From assembly GCA_963663475.2 (NCBI GenBank), contig CAXXJV010000001.1:672001-736000 (forward strand): a stretch of 64,000 bases of DNA, in the 5' to 3' direction. The first letter of the stretch is position 1. Each line of letters opens with the position of its first letter. The notes beneath the pieces were generated by a model. The model had not been told where the DNA came from. It did no database searches and worked only from the letters and a program-made list of their open reading frames with translations. The translations under genes and the position numbers were made by a program. The stretch is from Candidatus Cloacimonadales bacterium. Lineage in GTDB: Bacteria; Cloacimonadota; Cloacimonadia; Cloacimonadales; JAFGVF01. Below are positions 61,175 through 64,000 of this stretch, one piece after another.

Positions 61175-62551
61175 ATGAAAAAGACATTGTATTTGATATT
61201 AGTTATTATTTTAGTCTTGATTCTAAATAGTTGTGATAGTTCTACGTCATCTTCTGATGATAAAGTTACTTATAGTGGTGTGGTAAAACTTATAGATTTA
61301 GATGGAAATGAAACTGTTTCAGATGAAGTTACTGTAGCTGTCTTTGAAAAAGATATGGATGATGTGGCCTGGGATTATAGAGTAAATAATCCAATACTTG
61401 TTACAACTACTAATGAATTTGGTGAATTTTCCTATAAAGCTAAGGAAAGAGAAAATTATTATACATACTTTTTGAAAGAAGGGTATTCTATTAAGTCCTT
61501 CAATCAGAATAATTTGCCAGAAAACATTCTACTGTATGAAGATTTGGTCGTGGAAGGAACTATTACAGAGCAAATCATTTTAGAGGGAAAATCTGACTTA
61601 CTTGTTACAGATGATGTAATTTTTACAGAAACTGCTTCCTTAATTATTCAAGAAACATCGCAGATTAGGATTGCACCAGGAAAAAAAATAACAGTTTATG
61701 GAAGTGTGGATTTTCAAGATCCAGTAGATATTACGTCTAATGATAAATCATATTCTTATGGAGAAGACCAAATAAGTGAGTTTTTATCTTTTGAGATAAC
61801 TCCAACTGCTAACATTCAAACTAATACTATTGATAACCTAAAGTGTTCTTTAACAAATTATGGCTTTGTTATAAGAAAAGATAATATCCAAATCAGTAAT
61901 TCAATTTTTGTCAATTCTTCGAACGGGCTCTATATTCTTAATTCAAGTGGTCATATTTTAACACATATCACTGCAAAGAATATAAAAAATGAAAGCAATG
62001 GTGGGATTTATTTAGACTTTGTAGAAAATGCCACTATTAGTAGATGTTTGCTTCAGGGTAATTATAATGGGGTTAAAGTTAAAGAAGTTAGAAATGTTGA
62101 TATTAATAATACTCTTTTTGAAAATAATAGTGCTGGATATCTGAGTTATTATTCAACGGGAGTTGTTACTAATAACAGTTTTGAAAAAAATGATTACGGG
62201 CTAGAATTACTAGCTAACAGAGGAGCTGGTGTCCTAACTATTAAGTATAATAAAATTGAATATAGTGATGTCGGTGTATATCAACATGAGGCTGGTTCAT
62301 GGAATACATTTAATTCAATGATTATTAATAATAATAATTTCATAGATGTTGATACATTTATTAAATATGATTCTTCTGGAATTCAACAAGACTTAGATGC
62401 TAAAAACAATTATTTTGATGGATTAGCTGCTGAAAGTAGTATTCAAGATAGAATTATTGATACTACATGGCAGGATTATGGTTTTATTGATGTAAATATT
62501 ATTCCTTTTAAGACAAGGCCGATTAGTGGAGCAGGGATAATTCAAGAGTGA
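61175..62551 (+). CDS. Lipoprotein with right-handed beta-helix (pectin-lyase-like) repeats
   Basis: Lipobox LNSC; N.F..N..G repeats; DAKNNYF. Confidence 0.72.
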   Translation: MKKTLYLILVIILVLILNSCDSSTSSSDDKVTYSGVVKLIDLDGNETVSDEVTVAVFEKDMDDVAWDYRVNNPILVTTTNEFGEFSYKAKERENYYTYFLKEGYSIKSFNQNNLPENILLYEDLVVEGTITEQIILEGKSDLLVTDDVIFTETASLIIQETSQIRIAPGKKITVYGSVDFQDPVDITSNDKSYSYGEDQISEFLSFEITPTANIQTNTIDNLKCSLTNYGFVIRKDNIQISNSIFVNSSNGLYILNSSGHILTHITAKNIKNESNGGIYLDFVENATISRCLLQGNYNGVKVKEVRNVDINNTLFENNSAGYLSYYSTGVVTNNSFEKNDYGLELLANRGAGVLTIKYNKIEYSDVGVYQHEAGSWNTFNSMIINNNNFIDVDTFIKYDSSGIQQDLDAKNNYFDGLAAESSIQDRIIDTTWQDYGFIDVNIIPFKTRPISGAGIIQE

Positions 62552-62559
62552 TACTCTTG

Positions 62560-63680
62560 AAAGTGAAAAGATAAAAGTGAAAAATGAAAAATATTTTGCT
62601 TCGCAAAAAAGACGGGGTGACAGGAAGATGGGGTGATGAGGAGATGCTTGCTTCGCAAGAAAATAAGAATAGAACACAGACTGCTTGCTTCGCAAGAATG
62701 AAAAATTAAAAGTGAAAAATGAAGAATAATATATGAAGACTGATTAATAGGCATAGGGCCTGTAATCAGTCTTTTTTTTTTGCTGAAAATTATTTACACG
62801 AATTAAACTTGCTTCGCAAGAATGAAAAATGAAAAGATAAAAATGAAAAATTAAGATATTTAGCCACCGATAACACCGAAAAACACCGAGAAGAGGAAGA
62901 TTTTTATCCACTAATGGGCACTGATTAACACGAATAAGTTTTTAGCCATTTGGCTAAAAGAAGGGGTGACGGGAAGACGGAGAGACGGGGAGATGCTTGC
63001 TTCGCAAGAATGAAAAATGAAAAGTGAAAAATGAAAAGTTTAATATTTTTTATTTGACATGTAGGATTAGCTTGCAAGAATGAAAAAAGGAATGATTTTG
63101 CTTTGCAAAATGACGGGGAGACTGCTTGCTTACGCAAGAATGAAAAATTAAAAGTGAAAAGTGAAAAATAGGTTTAGTGTTGAGAGTTTATGAATTTAAA
63201 AAACTCTGTGAAACACCTCTTGCCCTCTGTGTAACTCTGTGTTAAGGATCTTAGTGAAATTAGTGTAATTAGTGGATAGGTTCTCATTTCATGAGAGTGA
63301 ATAATGAAAAGATAAAAATGAAAAGTATAATATTTTTTATTTGACATGTAGGATTAGCTTGCAAGAATGAAAAAGATGAATTTTGCTTTGCAAAATGACG
63401 GGGAGACTGCTTGCTTCGCAAGAATGAAAAATTAAAAGTGAAAAGTGAAAAATAGGTTTAGTGTTGAGAGTTTATGAATTTAAAAAAAACTCTGTGAAAC
63501 ACCTCTTGCCCTCTGTGTAACTCTGTGTTAAGGATCTTAGTGTAATTAGTGGATAGGTTCTCATTTCATGAGAGTGAATAATGAAAAGCTAAAAGTGAAA
63601 AATGAAAAATTATCTGTGTTAATCTGTGTAATCTGTGGACAGAAAACTTAATTCGAGTTAATTCGTGTGAAGAATTTCTG
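62560..63680. repeat. Intergenic repeat mosaic including a ~287-bp tandem duplication
   Basis: TAATATTTTTTATTTGACATGTAGG starts at 63041 and 63328. Confidence 0.9.
62736..62781 (+). terminator. Intrinsic terminator
   Basis: AAGACTGATTA..AGGC/GCCT..TAATCAGTCTT stem followed by a T-run. Confidence 0.7.
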
Positions 63681-63712
63681 TTAAATAAATAAATTTGAGA
63701 GAAGGTAGCGTG

Positions 63713-64000
63713 ATGAAAAAGAAGGTTTGGTATTTATTGTATTTACTGTTAGATATAGGGATAGTGCTATTTGCCTTTGCGATTGTCGCATGGCTAAGGA
63801 ATGGAACACGTCGTGTTTTAGTTGATTATTCTAAGCCAGTGTTGGGGTTATCACTTGCTTGGGTAGGGGCTGGTTTTTTAGGAGGGAAGTTTTCTATTAA
63901 GAACAAGCCTAGGTTAAGGGCCTTGTGGGCTTCTATTATCAAGTGTGATGCCATAGCGATTGCGGTTGTCTTTGGGGCAATGTTCTTTTTTCATAGATTT
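63713..64000 (+). CDS. Membrane protein, 3'-truncated; possibly the N-terminus of a WcaJ-like sugar transferase
   Basis: Open frame MKKKVWYLLYLLLDIGIVLFAF... runs to the window end with hydrophobic helices. Confidence 0.5.
   Translation, partial: MKKKVWYLLYLLLDIGIVLFAFAIVAWLRNGTRRVLVDYSKPVLGLSLAWVGAGFLGGKFSIKNKPRLRALWASIIKCDAIAIAVVFGAMFFFHRF

Noticed and set aside
60546-63137. Minus-strand ORFs 60546, 60785, 62423, 62542 and 62925
   Set aside because: Repeat-derived low-complexity frames.
63701-63712. ops/JUMPstart-like GAAGGTAGCGTG
   Set aside because: It lacks the GGCGG start and is better explained as the ribosome-binding region of the next gene.
1-64000. tRNA or rRNA genes
   Set aside because: None recognised by eye; a covariance-model search was not run.

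Overview
This is an AT-rich bacterial chromosomal window, almost entirely + strand. A FlgD-Ig/T9SS-type C-terminal domain, SurA and the lipoproteins suggest a diderm anaerobe such as Cloacimonadota (inference). 1-21 kb holds envelope and housekeeping genes, an IS3 element, and a DnaA-box cluster with DnaA-trios at 15.05-15.41 kb that looks like oriC, although no dnaA lies nearby. 23.9-60.6 kb is a large Wzx/Wzy surface-polysaccharide locus with dTDP-3-amino-sugar genes, a Gtr-like modification module and many acyl/amide tailoring enzymes. The most unusual signal is non-coding: most large intergenic gaps are mosaics of short periodic and palindromic repeat modules. Three GxxExxY (PD-(D/E)XK-like) genes inside the glycan locus are bracketed by 9-bp-periodic inverted repeats that also occur as many gene-less copies. 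Two near-identical GxxExxY genes enclose an ABC-ATPase plus putative nuclease pair, and a conserved 46-bp hairpin site separates each unit like a cassette array. I propose this as a candidate nuclease-plus-cognate-palindrome mobile system, analogous to RAYT/REP. All calls were made by eye, with no database searches.
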